A DNA stretch of 64,000 nt from Saccostrea echinata (Eukaryota), in contig NW_026889796.1 in assembly GCF_033153115.1 (NCBI RefSeq), forward strand, positions 15,500,001-15,564,000, written 5' to 3'. Shown in pieces: positions 50,501-62,082 of the stretch; position 1 is the stretch's first letter; each line of letters opens with the position of its first letter. The notes beneath the pieces were generated by a model. It did not search any database, was not told where the DNA came from, and saw only the letters and a list, made by a program, of their open reading frames with translations. The position numbers and the translations under genes are program-made.

Positions 50501-53500
50501 CTGATCATTTGTAATGTGTTTTTATTTTAGCAAGCACTCTTACCCATCTGCTTTTTAACACATTTTGATGCAAATCAGAATATGATTTTTTTTAAAAATC
50601 AAATTCTTTTGAAAAGGGGAGAATAAATGTAATAGAAAGCTTACGGGCCAGATGGCAATGGCTCCATATTGAAATGCATAAGTTTGCAAACATGGACAGC
50701 AGACAGCTCTAATACACTTCCAAATACAAAAAATCCTATCAGCTGTGACTGGAAAAAAATTGTATTATAAATAAGCAATCATATTTCCAATATCTTAAAC
50801 CATATAATTTTATATTGTGCATAAAATACATGCATATGTTTCAGTGCATATTTTAGTGATACTTTTCTTTCTTACAGATGGATATTTTCTATCACTACAC
50901 ATTTTTGTACAACATCAATTTTTGAAATGATTTTTTATCAGTTCTGTCAAGAAATTAACTGCATGCAGCATTACCAGTACTGGTTAGTACATTTCTTATC
51001 TAAATAACCACTGTTCACCAGTACTGGTAGTACATTTCATATCTAAATACACCACTGTTCACCCTTGCCTCAAAGTTTTCTTTTTTTTTTTTAAATTGCA
51101 CAATTATACCTAAAAGCTATTCAGAACAATTAAATGTATCTTGTGTAATTAACATGTCAAATACATATTCATAATATACATACTGCAAATTTTCTTGAAC
51201 CATATCTTCTTTCAAAAGTTCTAAAATAGTAAAACAGAATGCTTCCTATCATGAGGTCCTTGACGTTCAGAAAGGCGATTCTGGCGGTGAGGAGACGCCA
51301 CAGTTGTAGTTTCTCTACAATAAGGGAGTGGTGGTACACACACAGATGACGGTACTGACTCAGGGGGAAGTTGATGAGGACTGACGACAAGAAGCTGGCT
51401 CCCAGAATGCATTTGCACACCGGTGCTTTATCTGAAATATACACAGATGTATATATTGAAAACATGATGACTTTAAAGAAAAATGTTTTTAAAAATGACT
51501 ATTGAAGGAAAATTGTACTGCAGAATTAGATGTTATCAAAAATTCAATCCTACGTGTGGATGGACAATCAATGAATGTTATTTGAAGTTTAAAGGGGACT
51601 AATATCAATGTAAAATAATTCTGCCACAGATGAATACGTGAAGTAGATGTATATAACGGTATATGTCATTTAGAAATTGTAACATCCAGATGTAAAGTTT
51701 TTAATGATTGATTTAAACTTAATTATCATGAATAAGCTTATAAATCTTATTTTGTATTTTTATCTTTTCGTATATATCAATATAAATGAAATGGACATCA
51801 AATACATTTGCAGTGCAGTTACACCTGCAGTAACTAGTTTTTAGTCTTTTAACATTGACATTCCCAACTTTGGAATAAATGTTGCTATATTTTCCAACAG
51901 GCATCTCACTGTCTCTATAGATCCTCTGTTATGATGCCAGGGTTACAAATGCTAAAAGATCTAATTATATGTTATATGTACCTCTAATGATTTAGAAGAT
52001 ATGTTATATATACTTTATGCTCCTCATGTACCATCATGTATGAAACACATGGTTCAGTTAAATTTACTACACAATTTCAAATGACTGCAGGAAAGTCAAA
52101 TAATAACTTTTTAAAATGTTTTTGTGAAAAATACGAAGAATAAGTTCTAATATTTCCCATGCTCACATAAACAAACAAGGACAATTTTCCATGTTGAAAT
52201 ACCGCTTACAAAGTCTTCAAAAGTAATAAGAATCCAATTTTTATAACTTGATACTGGTATTCGTACATTTGCCATGCTACTGGTGTTATTCGTTGTTGCT
52301 TTGTTATTTGTTGACTAGAAATTAAAAGTTAATGCATTTAATTAAAAATATGTATTACTAAGTTTAGTTCTGCTCAACATTTATTTTACACGGTATTACT
52401 TCTCATGTACATTGATCATAGTGATTTTATTAATTAGCATAAAAATATCAAAGTAGTATACGTAGTAAACAAAATTTACACTGTCATCATGTACATGTGT
52501 CGTTATGCTGCATCTTTGTACATACTCGCCATAAAGGAATGATAAATCACATTAATTGATAATTCCCAGTACATGCACACAACAAAGCATCTCTAAACCA
52601 TTTCAAACTTTAAATGGCCATCTGAGGTGAGAATATGTGAGTACACCTAAGAACCGATTGTTTCGAACCATGGAATACACATAAAATTTGTATTCACTGA
52701 TAGTACAGCACGGGAATACAGGCAATTGTCCACAAATGGACTTATACAATGGAGTGGAGAAAAACCCAGATTTTACCATTGTAAAACAATTGTTTGTATA
52801 TGAGAGCATGGAATTAGTAGATAATGATGTAAATATTTTAAGTAAAATGCTTGGGAAAATGCTTCATATATTTCCAAAAGCGATTTGAAAAACTGGCATT
52901 TTCCAAACTCTGTATTTTTTTGTATTTTATTTAACCCATAATGCAATTCAACACTTTAACTCATTTAGCTGATTGGTTGGTTTGTCAGTCACATTGGTGC
53001 CTCATTTAGCATGTAAATTTAGTCTGACATCACAAGAAATAGTTTCCTTGACCTGTTAAAAGTGTTCAAAAGCAGCAATATTAACACTATCTTTCCCTTA
53101 GATTCCTTCTTTAAAACTCTCTAGTATAAATATTAGTAGTCATACACTTGTAATTTTTGTTTTTTTTTAAATAAAATGCAAAATTGTGAAAAGTTGCATA
53201 GACCGTTCCACGATAACTGCGGTACTGCTCTTTTGCAGGGCAAAATTATAGGCCTATACTTTGGTGAAATATGACGTAAAAGAAATTGTTTATTATGTGT
53301 CATTTAATTATCTGTCAACAAAAACTGCGCCAAACGTTATTAATTTGCCCTGCAAAAGCTTAGTACTGCAGTTATCGTAAAGGGGCTAATTGAAATAGCT
53401 AATTAAAGCTACTTCAAGTAGCTAAATAAAGCTACGGTAGGTAATTCAAGCTACGTACATGTAGCTAAATCTAGTGATTGTACCAGACCTGCTCATATCT

Positions 53501-53598
53501 AATTAAATGCGTAAATTTCTTTCACATATGATAAAATACAGATTAAATATGACAACAAATTTCTTACAAAATCCCGAAGCACTGTTTAGCTGCCACAT
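44570..53598 (-). CDS. UBAC2: Ubiquitin-associated domain-containing protein 2 (rhomboid pseudoprotease + UBA), 339 aa; exons 53598-53568, 51431-51184, 50748-50645, 49035-48915, 47557-47510, 46732-46487, 45004-44894, 44680-44570
   Basis: The spliced ORF is 1020 nt. Motifs: SGFYKAP, QLWRLLT, FRTFERRYGSRKFAS, LPSGP, MGATLELQRQERM, and the C-terminal UBA IQQLVDMGF...RAL....DLNTATNFLL. Confidence 0.96.
45684..46530. repeat. ~57-bp tandem repeat derived from the 3' end of UBAC2 exon 6 plus its donor site (about 12-14 decaying copies)
   Basis: Unit CCTGATTTGGATTGTGAGGTGGTCCCTGCTCTCGGATTGACTGTATCAGTGTCCTA. The copy at 46481-46530 is the real exon end. Confidence 0.92.
47668..48594. mobile_element. 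Kolobok-type non-autonomous transposon in UBAC2 intron 4
   Basis: TTAA|GGTATGTCACTCGT ... ACGAGTGACATACC|TTAA: perfect 14-bp TIR, TTAA TSD, RR..YY ends. Confidence 0.88.
49077..50000 (+). mobile_element. HINE-type element with about five 157-bp internal repeats, in UBAC2 intron 3
   Basis: Subterminal inverted repeat ATACCCCCGCTC/GAGCGGGGGTAT, hairpin CTCCTTCGGAG, (GACA)n tract; CCATATGGCATGCCTAAACA recurs every ~157 bp. Confidence 0.88.
53198..53390. mobile_element. MITE with ~50-bp TIRs in UBAC2 intron 1
   Basis: ACGATAACTGCGGTACT...TTTTGCAGGGCAAA / TTTGCCCTGCAAAA...AGTACTGCAGTTATCGT. Confidence 0.75.
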
Positions 53599-54389
53599 AG
53601 TTCATTCCATGGGATAATGACGGCTAAAAGTAAGAAAACAGCATCACCACTGCCTCTGTCCACTGTTTCAAAACCGACAATGTATACCGGAATCTAATGT
53701 ATGAAACAAATATCTAAACGGAAACGGTCATAAGATGCGAAAAATTCAGACTGTTCAGAATATTTTTTTAATCAAAAAAATCAAAATTAAACGTTTAAAA
53801 AACTGTTCTGTTACATGATCTTCATGTAGCATAGGCCTATTTGGTGGTGGTGGTGGTTGTTTAACTCCAACCCCTAAATAACTTTACTAAACAGGCCAAA
53901 ATTCGATATGGCGGCCAAATTATTTCCCATATATGGAAAATCTCAATGCATTGTGGGATAGGTTATCCTCTGATTTTGGAGTCTGCAGTCAAAATATAAA
54001 TAAGAGTCCTGGAATAAAAAAAGAGAAGGGTTCATGTACTTAATGCCCAGAAGGTATTCATAGTCTCGGATTGGATGTCATTATATGATAATGTCTCTTT
54101 TTCACTTGTCCGTGGCTATATCCAGTCTCTATCCAGAGAACTTTCTCCTTCCCGCTACATCCAATCCTCCCTTAGCTACATATGTAACGTCAAAGCCACA
54201 TGAAGGATATGCCTTATTCTAAGTTCAATAAGATAAAACGTTTTTTTTACTAATCACATTATAGCACTCCAAGCTAGCATGAAATTAAATCACAAATTTG
54301 TCAAAAACAATTAGATTATTGTTTTTGTTTTTTATCGCCTGTGTTTTGTGTTGAAAAAAAAATCTTAGGTGTTTGTCTTTAAATCATGA

Positions 54390-55130
54390 AACTTTATTTC
54401 TGGGGAACTCATAAAGGTGACAATGTTGAAAAAAAACTACATCTTGATTTTTGTAAGCAAATACTAGGAGTTAAAAAATCTACATGGAATGCAGTAATAC
54501 TGTTGTTTATGCTGAGTTATGTAGACTTCCTCTGTTGTACAAAAGGATGTTTTCAATGATAAAATTTTGGGATAATATATTAGCCAATGATAACTGTATT
54601 ATTAGAAATTGTTATAAGAAAATGTACATTAACTGTGAATCTCATGCACAAAAAAATATGGGCTTTTCAGGTGAAGAAATGCTTAAATGGTCTTGGTTTT
54701 AGTGAAGTTTGGGGTAAACAACAAATTAATACAGCTACCTTAAAATCTATTAAACAATGGATCTTGGATCAGGCTAAAAAAGAAATATTTTCTAAAATAG
54801 AAAGTTCACAGAAATTTTCTTTCTATGAATATCTACTTGTTCAAAAATGTATATCAAAGTTAAGAATATCCTTACACCTTTTAGCTATTGAAACTGGGAG
54901 ATATAATAAAACAAACAAAGCCCACAGGAAATGTTTTTCCTGACATACTTGTGTTGAGGACGAATATAATTTTCTACTAGTATGTCCTGTTTATGCAAAT
55001 TATCGAAGCAAATTTATTAAAAATATTTCTTTAAAAAACTATCCATGTATAAATTTTTGCAATTGTTCAATACTGAGAACTTTAAGGATATGTGTAACCT
55101 CGGTAAATACAGTGTACATATTTATTATAG
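54390..55130 (+). mobile_element. 5'-truncated, degraded LINE (ORF2 C-terminus)
   Basis: Frameshifted remnants HLDFCKQILGVKKST, VYAELCRLPL...IKFW, ISKLRISLHLLAIETGRY, VEDEYNFLLVCP.Y, typical of the C-terminal zinc-knuckle region of non-LTR elements. Confidence 0.85.
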
Positions 55131-55743
55131 CATAAGGCGAAGAGGAGATCTTGTAATCCAATAATTGTAATTTTTTCTTTCTTTTTATTTCACTATTATT
55201 TATGTACATGTACGTACACATTGTTCTCCTGTAAATTTCCACTTCTGTACTGTATCTGATTGTATGATATTGTATATACTGATTGTATTATATTGTATAT
55301 ACTGATTGTATTATATTTTATTATATATTTGTTCAATAATACAGGATTTTTGCATCCCTGATATGAACACAGGCACGCGCCCTGTATTACACACCCTGTA
55401 TCAGCACCCTTTATTTTACCCTTTATCACACCCTTTATTACACCTTTCCGGAACATCTCTGTATTTTTCATTCGGAGTACCTCGGATCTTTTTCTATTAA
55501 TTGTTTATAATGTTTATTTAAATTGTAAATTTTCATCAGATATTTTATGCTATTCAAAATAATTATTTGTTTAATTCATAATTATTTCATTTCTTATCGC
55601 TGTATGCATTGCCTTTGGAAAAAATTTATGAGAAAGGAAATTCAACGAAAAAAAAGAACATATTCAATTATTAAGAATTAATTAATTTACAGGTTTATTT
55701 ATGATTTTTTTGACACTATTTTCAAATATATAATAAAAACAAC

Positions 55744-55816
55744 AATACATGACAAAATCTGTATCACACCCCATATCAACCCTCGACCAATATCAGCCCT
55801 CTGGCCTTCGGCCCTC

Positions 55817-55847
<31 letters not shown>

Positions 55848-55874
55848 GGTGTGATACAGATTTTGCCATGTATT
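55744..55874. repeat. Fold-back palindrome (~130 bp)
   Basis: AAAATCTGTATCACACCCCATATCAACCC...GGCCTTCGGCC...GGGTTGATATGGGGTGTGATACAGATTTT. Confidence 0.88.
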
Positions 55875-56959
55875 ATTCTCTATGTATATACTGATAAGCT
55901 GTAAAGCTTAAAGTAATAAAGAAGAAGAAGTGCAAGAGGAAAGAGCTAATTAGCTAGCCGAGGTTATAGACAAGTAAACAAAATGCAATACTCTATAAAC
56001 ACGTAGTATAAAGGAAAGGGAGTGACTGCACTTCCTTGCAGAAATGGTCATTTGCTGTTAATTTTTGGGAAATTTTCACTGAAAGGTTGTTTGAGCCTCT
56101 CAAATTATGGTGGTACTGTTGTTTAATCTATACCCCCCACCCCACCCCATGTTATCGTATATCCTAAAAGAGACGGGGAATCTAACCCCACTTTCTTTGC
56201 TGCCACCTTCCCGCTCTATATCTCTTTCAATTCCTATGCATGGTCATGATTTATGTGCCAATTTTGCGAAAACTTAAATTAAGGGGAAAAAAAGCTTTAA
56301 TTTCACTTCAATGTAATGCGTGCATGAATAGTTAACAATTCCTTCGCATGGTAATGATTTTCGTGCAAATGCACGGACGCATTACAGTCCCACTTTAAAG
56401 TATTCCTGATTGATAAAAATTCATTAATGTAAAAGTAGGGAATAATAGTAGTTGTCATTTACTTCATCAATAGTGTATTCATGATCAGTTAACAAAAGAG
56501 TTGTCATTTACTTCAATGTAAGGTATGCTTGATCAATTAACAGAAGAATTACACATATAAATATTACTAAATAATGGAAAATGACTTTTTTATATCCGTG
56601 GGATTTTGAACAAAGTGGTATGTTTTACTGGTATAGAATGGGAGAAATTTTGGAGTTTTGACAATTTTGGACTTTTTTTTTCGGCTTGTCAAAGTTTTTC
56701 CAAGTGAGTTGATTTTTTTTTTTTTTTTGCGTGGCTGCCCTCCCCGGATCAATATCGACATACTACATGTACGTGCCTGTCATGTAAATGATCGTGGCAA
56801 TTGTTGGCAATTTCATAGCGGTTGTTACATGTAAAATCGGTATGATATACACAAAGAATTAAGATAACGATTTTCAAGGTTGACACTAAATGCTCATTGT
56901 TTATAGCAAAGTATTTTAATATAATAATTTTAATATAATCTTCTCATCAGATTAAAATA

Positions 56960-57121
56960 ATGGTGTCAGCCAAACCATTCAAAAATCAGAAATACCGAAA
57001 GATAAAGAAGGAATGCATCAAAAAGAGGGCGCTGTTCAGGGACAGTGAATTTCCTCCCGAGGGTACCTCCCTATTTTACAGCAGGGCAGCCCCGGCAAAC
57101 ATTGTCTGGAAACGACCAGAG
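56960..57121 (+). CDS. CAPN5: Calpain-5-like protease, first coding exon only; the rest presumably lies beyond the window
   Basis: MVSAKPFKNQKYRKIKKECIKKRALFRDSEFPPEGTSLFYSRAAPANIVWKRPE, followed by the donor GTGAGT. Acceptor CAG at 56948-56950. Matches the calpain-5 N-terminus (Q.Y..L...C.....F.D..FP.....W.RP). Confidence 0.85.
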
Positions 57122-57666
57122 GTGAGTATCAATCAATAATATAGTGATAGGTGACATGAAGAAACTCGTGAAAGAAAAAGGTAAAAGTTAAGAATATTGA
57201 TCGACCTAACAAAATCTACAAACAGCACAAATTTGTGAACAGGGTAAAAAAAGGACCCTTGGGATTTCCAGAAATCAACGATTTTATGGATAGTCGGTTG
57301 ATTTTTTTTCTTTTCGTGAACAGCCAACGGAGTGTAATTTTTAGAAATTCCTTTCCAAATACGACTCTAAGATTTTGCCCAAATGTACATAAATGACGAA
57401 AATTAAACGACAGAAAATTGGAGGGGGTGGGGGGTGGGTGTATGTTGTGCATTCTTAAGAGGCTACTACAGCAGTAAAAATGTTTTGAGCAGAATTACTA
57501 GACAGCAATAAACTTTTGAAGTTGTTTTAGGTAAAAAAAAAACAGCAAGACAATAGAAAACTTTCAATATCATCTATTTCAACTACACATATCAATATAT
57601 TTTACAAAAATCAAATTTAAGGTCGACCTCCAAAAATAATCTAAAATCATTAAGAGTCTCTCAGAC

Positions 57667-60600
57667 TCATTTTTCATAATATCTTAGTCCCAAAAACTTT
57701 AAAACACGGGTTTTGATGCTTTTTCTTGTCTTGGTTGGAGAGGATTTCTGAAGAAGAAGAAGAAAAAAAATTGTACGCACAAAAAATATTTGAAACTGTT
57801 TAAGAAAAGTCAGTCAAATAAAGAGACGTTTTAAACAGATTTTAATACTTTTATGAACGTCAAACAAAAAAAATACCTTTTCTGAACATGTTCCATGAGC
57901 ATGTTTATCCTCCAAATTTTGCATGCTTGATAAGGGGTTAGGAGTATACTTGGTTTGATTTAGCTTTTCACTCTGAAAGAAAAGGAAAATATAGCCATTT
58001 ATTGTTAATATCCTATAGGAGAAAAATTTAAAGCATTTTTGAATTTCATCTCTCTAAGGGGATGTAAAAAAAATTAAATAAAATGTTATTTACCTTCGGG
58101 CTGTCCTTGAAATAGTCTATATTGAATAGGAAGAGTTTCCTGGGTACAAACAATACATTGTTATTCTCCTCATTAGCTTCCATTTCTCTCTCTATGCTGG
58201 AATTCTTCAATATGAAAATAATTGAAAGTTAATTTTTGATTCCCTTGTAATTGTAATTATTAATTAAGAATACCTCACACACATTAAGAATACTGGTTAC
58301 AACAGTAACAGCTTATGGAGGGTGTGTCGAAGAAAACGTATGAAAACTATTTCAAAATATTAATTTTAAAAATTTCAAAATTTTAATTTTAATATTATTA
58401 AGTATCGAATTACTTTAACAAATCTATAGAAATATTTCTATGCAATAGTTTGCTTTATTCTAAAATAAACAGAACTTTAATAAATCAGCTTTTTAAATTT
58501 GATTTTACATCGAACATTGAATCTTTCAAAGCTATAACTTCACATGTATAATAATAATCTCATCCGTACCTTAATGAGTCGATCTTTTTTCTTTTCCTCC
58601 ATTCTCTGGAAAAAAGTAAAATTAAATATTAATGTTAATATTTAAGTAAAACATATTAACATTCAAACACAACTAACATGTGTATATCACATGAGAAACA
58701 ACTTTTTTTTATGAACTTCTAAAATGTACCTACCACAAGCTCCCCGTGGACTGCTTTCATCATTTCAAATTTTCTGTGTATATCTGCTCGAATGTTGGTC
58801 ACATAATTGGTCCTTTTGGCTACCGTTTCCTATTAATATGGAAGAAAAAAAATTTATGATTTACAATGATTTACAACGGAAGTGGTATTTTGTTTGAAAC
58901 ATGTTTATTAATCGGACTTAAATAATCATAAATTATAAGTCTTAAAATATTAAGTTGATAATATCAATGCCTAGACAATTGATCAATTCGTTATTGATAG
59001 ATTATCAATCAAGGTGATATCACAATAAGTTGAATATCAAATCGTTTTGACATTTTTGAAATATCTATAAGCAAGGATTAGCACTTCTTCAGGGAAAAAA
59101 AAATCTGAATCCATCATATCATTTTAATCAGTTGTTTTACTCACCAAGCATTCCTGCAGAACTTTCCTTTTAACATCATGAGCAGTTTTCTTTCTTTGAG
59201 ATTCGATCTTAAAATATACAAATAATTAATAATAATAATGATAGAAATAAAAGATAAGTCTTTTCGACGAAAGAATTGGTTTATGCAAGTATTAAAATTA
59301 CCTCATGAAGTCATATCGATAATTAAATGATATTAATTGGCGAGTACTTCATACCTTAAGGTCTCCATGAACAACCTCCATTAGTTCCCTTTTTCGCATC
59401 ATGTCGGCCTGTATTTTCTCCATCTTGCTTAACTTTCTGGCTATAGTGTCCTAAAATTGGTATACATTGACTACATTTAAGATAACTTGATTCTAACTCA
59501 CTGTTTATTAAATCAAGATTAAATGGTGAGTACTACGTACCTTAAGTTCTCTGTGCACAGCATCCATTAGCTCCCTTTTTCGAATCATGTTGGCCTGTAT
59601 TTCCTCCATCTTGCTTAACTTTCCGGCTATAGTGTCCTGGAATTAGTATACATTGGCTACATTTAAGATAACTTGATTCTAACTCACTGTTTATTAAATC
59701 AAGATTAAATGGTGAGTAGTACGTACCTTAAGTTCTCTGTGCACAGCATCCATTAGCTCCCTTTTTCGAATCATGTTGGCCTGTATTTCCTCCATCTTGC
59801 TTAACTTTCCGGCTATAGTGTCCTGGAATTAGTATACATTGGCTACATGTAAGATAACTTGATTCTAACTCACTGTTTATTAAATCAAGATTAAATGGTG
59901 AGTACTACGTACCTTAAGTTCTCTGTGCACAGCATCCATTAGCTCCCTTTTTCGAATCATGTTGGCCTGTATTTTCTCCATCTTGCTTAACTTTCTGGCT
60001 ATAGTGTCCTGGAATTAGTATACATTGGTTACATTTAAGATAACTTGATTCTAACTCACTGTTTATTAAATCAAGATTAAATGGTGAGTACTACGTACCT
60101 TAAGTTCTCTGTGCACAGCATCCATTAGCTCCCTTTTTCGAATCATGTTGGCCTGTATTTCCTCCATCTTGCTTAACTTTCCGGCTATAGTGTCCTGGAA
60201 TTAGTATACATTGGCTACATTTAAGATAACTTGATTCTAACTCACTGTTTATTAAATCAAGATTAAATGGTGAGTACTACGTACCTTAAGTTCTCTGTGC
60301 ACAGCATCCATTAGCTCCCTTTTTCGAATCATGTTGGCCTGTATTTTCTCCATCCTGCTTAAGCTTCCGGCTATAGTGTCCTGGAATTAGTATACATTGG
60401 CTACATGTAAGATAACTTGATTCTAATTCACTGTTTATTAAATCATTATTAAATGGTGAGTACTACGTACCTTAAGTTCTCTGTGCACAGCATCCATTAG
60501 CTCCCTTTTGCGAATAATGTCGGCCTGTATTTTCTCCAATTCTCTTAACTTACTAGTTGTGGTGTCCTGGAATTAGTATACATTGGCTACATTTATATAA

Positions 60601-61868
60601 CTTGATTAAAATTCACCGTTCATTAAATCAACATTAATTGGTAAGTACTACGTACTTTAAGCTCTCTGTGTACAGCCTCCATTTGATCTTTCTTCCTCAT
60701 CATGTCGGACCATATTTTTTGCATCTCGTTTTTCTTTCTTGTTACGGTGTCCTAGGATAAGTATACGTTTAGTACATTTTAAAGTTCATGCTTCTAATTC
60801 ATTGTTCATAAAATATACATGAATCAGTGAGTACTACATACCATCAGCTCTCTATGGATATCTTGCATTAACTCCATTTTTCGCATCACGTCGGCCTGTA
60901 TTTTCTCCCTTTCGCTTGACTTTCTGGCTGTAATGTCCTACAATTATACATTGGTTTCATTTTAGAAAATATGCTTCTTATTCACTGTTCCTTAAATTTA
61001 CATTAATAAGCGATTACTATACGTACCTTTAGCTCTCTGTGGATAGCCTCCATTTTATCTGTCTTCCTTGCCATGTCGGACCGTATTTTGCGCATCTCCT
61101 TTGACTTTTTGTTTATAATGTCCTATGAAAAGAATATTTGTAAATAAGTAAATCATAATTCTGCACAACTTGCCTATAATTAATTACAATTTTGAACAAC
61201 TGATAATTTAGTTGATTCAAATATAGGTTAGGCAAATTAAACTGGAATGGGGGTGTCCTTTATATCTCACTGCATCCTTTTCATATTTTTAATATTTATA
61301 AATTATACATAAAACTCTTCGACTTTATTCGATTTATTTATTTCATCCAGGGTTGAGATATTAGATAATTCCAATTTTACTTACAATCATTTCTTGGTGA
61401 ACTTTCTTCATAAGGGCTTTCACAATCTTCTTTCTTTTTCTGTCTTCTGACTCCATTGCCTTACACAAATAATTAAATACAAAAATAAACAAGGATTCTA
61501 GGAGCATTGATGCACATGAACAGCGCGTATTTATTTTGATAAATTATCACCAATAGATAAATTAATTACCTCCAATCTCTCTTGCCTCTCTACCTCCTCA
61601 GCCCAGTTATAACTAAACTTTAAAATCTCAAGTTTGGTCTCCTAAATTAAGACAATTAATGACATCAGATAATTTAAGCACAAAACACTTTCAACTTTTT
61701 TTATCTATTCACAAAATTGAAAAATTAAAAAATAAAAAATTAGATAAATGAACAAAAAGTTCCAGCAATCAATGTCTGTATGTATATTAGTATTAAACGT
61801 AAACTAAAGCTTTGGTATACGCTTACCCCTTTGTCACTGAAATCCAGTATTTCACTGTAGTCCATCAT
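57667..61868 (-). CDS. Unrecognised ~543-aa protein with eleven 32-aa helical repeats; 19 coding exons: 61868-61827, 61641-61570, 61459-61385, 61122-61027, 60937-60842, 60751-60656, 60566-60471, 60380-60285, 60194-60099, 60008-59913, 59822-59727, 59636-59541, 59450-59355, 59207-59145, 58829-58734, 58605-58570, 58204-58094, 57972-57877, 57747-57667
   Basis: All exons are AG/GT bounded, phase 0 and stop-free (1632 nt in total). Repeat exon consensus DTIAGKLSKMEKIQANMIRKRELMDAVHRELK. A 5'UTR donor lies at 62002. The acceptor of the 58204 exon is the least certain. Confidence 0.85.
59340..61125. repeat. Tandem array of ~186-bp units (10 copies), each one 96-nt exon plus ~90-nt intron
   Basis: Low-coordinate exon boundaries recur at 59355, 59541, 59727, 59913, 60099, 60285, 60471, 60656, 60842 and 61027. 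Central copies are nearly identical and outer copies have diverged. Confidence 0.97.
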
Positions 61869-62035
61869 AAATATTTCTTAATTCTACAAAAGAAATAGTA
61901 AAAAAGAGTGTTTACTTAGTTTTTATAACTGTAACTCAGAAATTTAATTCGTAAATTAACCAAATTAAGTAAATATTTCATAGCTGCATTTCACATACTG
62001 ACCTGCTTTCTGCTTAGTTCCTTTGTTTATGGTGA

Positions 62036-62082
62036 TGATTGTGACGTCAACTAAACGCCAGATAGCTATGACGTCACAATCA
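62036..62082. promoter_or_regulatory. Two perfect CRE sites (TGACGTCA) in an inverted repeat at the 5' end of the nested gene
   Basis: TGATTGTGACGTCA (62036-62049) and TGACGTCACAATCA (62069-62082) lie 35-80 bp upstream of the 5'UTR donor at 62002. Confidence 0.5.

Noticed and set aside
54484-54943. Overlapping ORFs as a functional gene
   Set aside because: They are frameshifted remnants of a LINE ORF2 C-terminus.
59340-61125. Regular repeat array as CRISPR or non-coding satellite
   Set aside because: There are no unique spacers or cas genes and the context is eukaryotic. The units are AG/GT-bounded coding exons plus introns.
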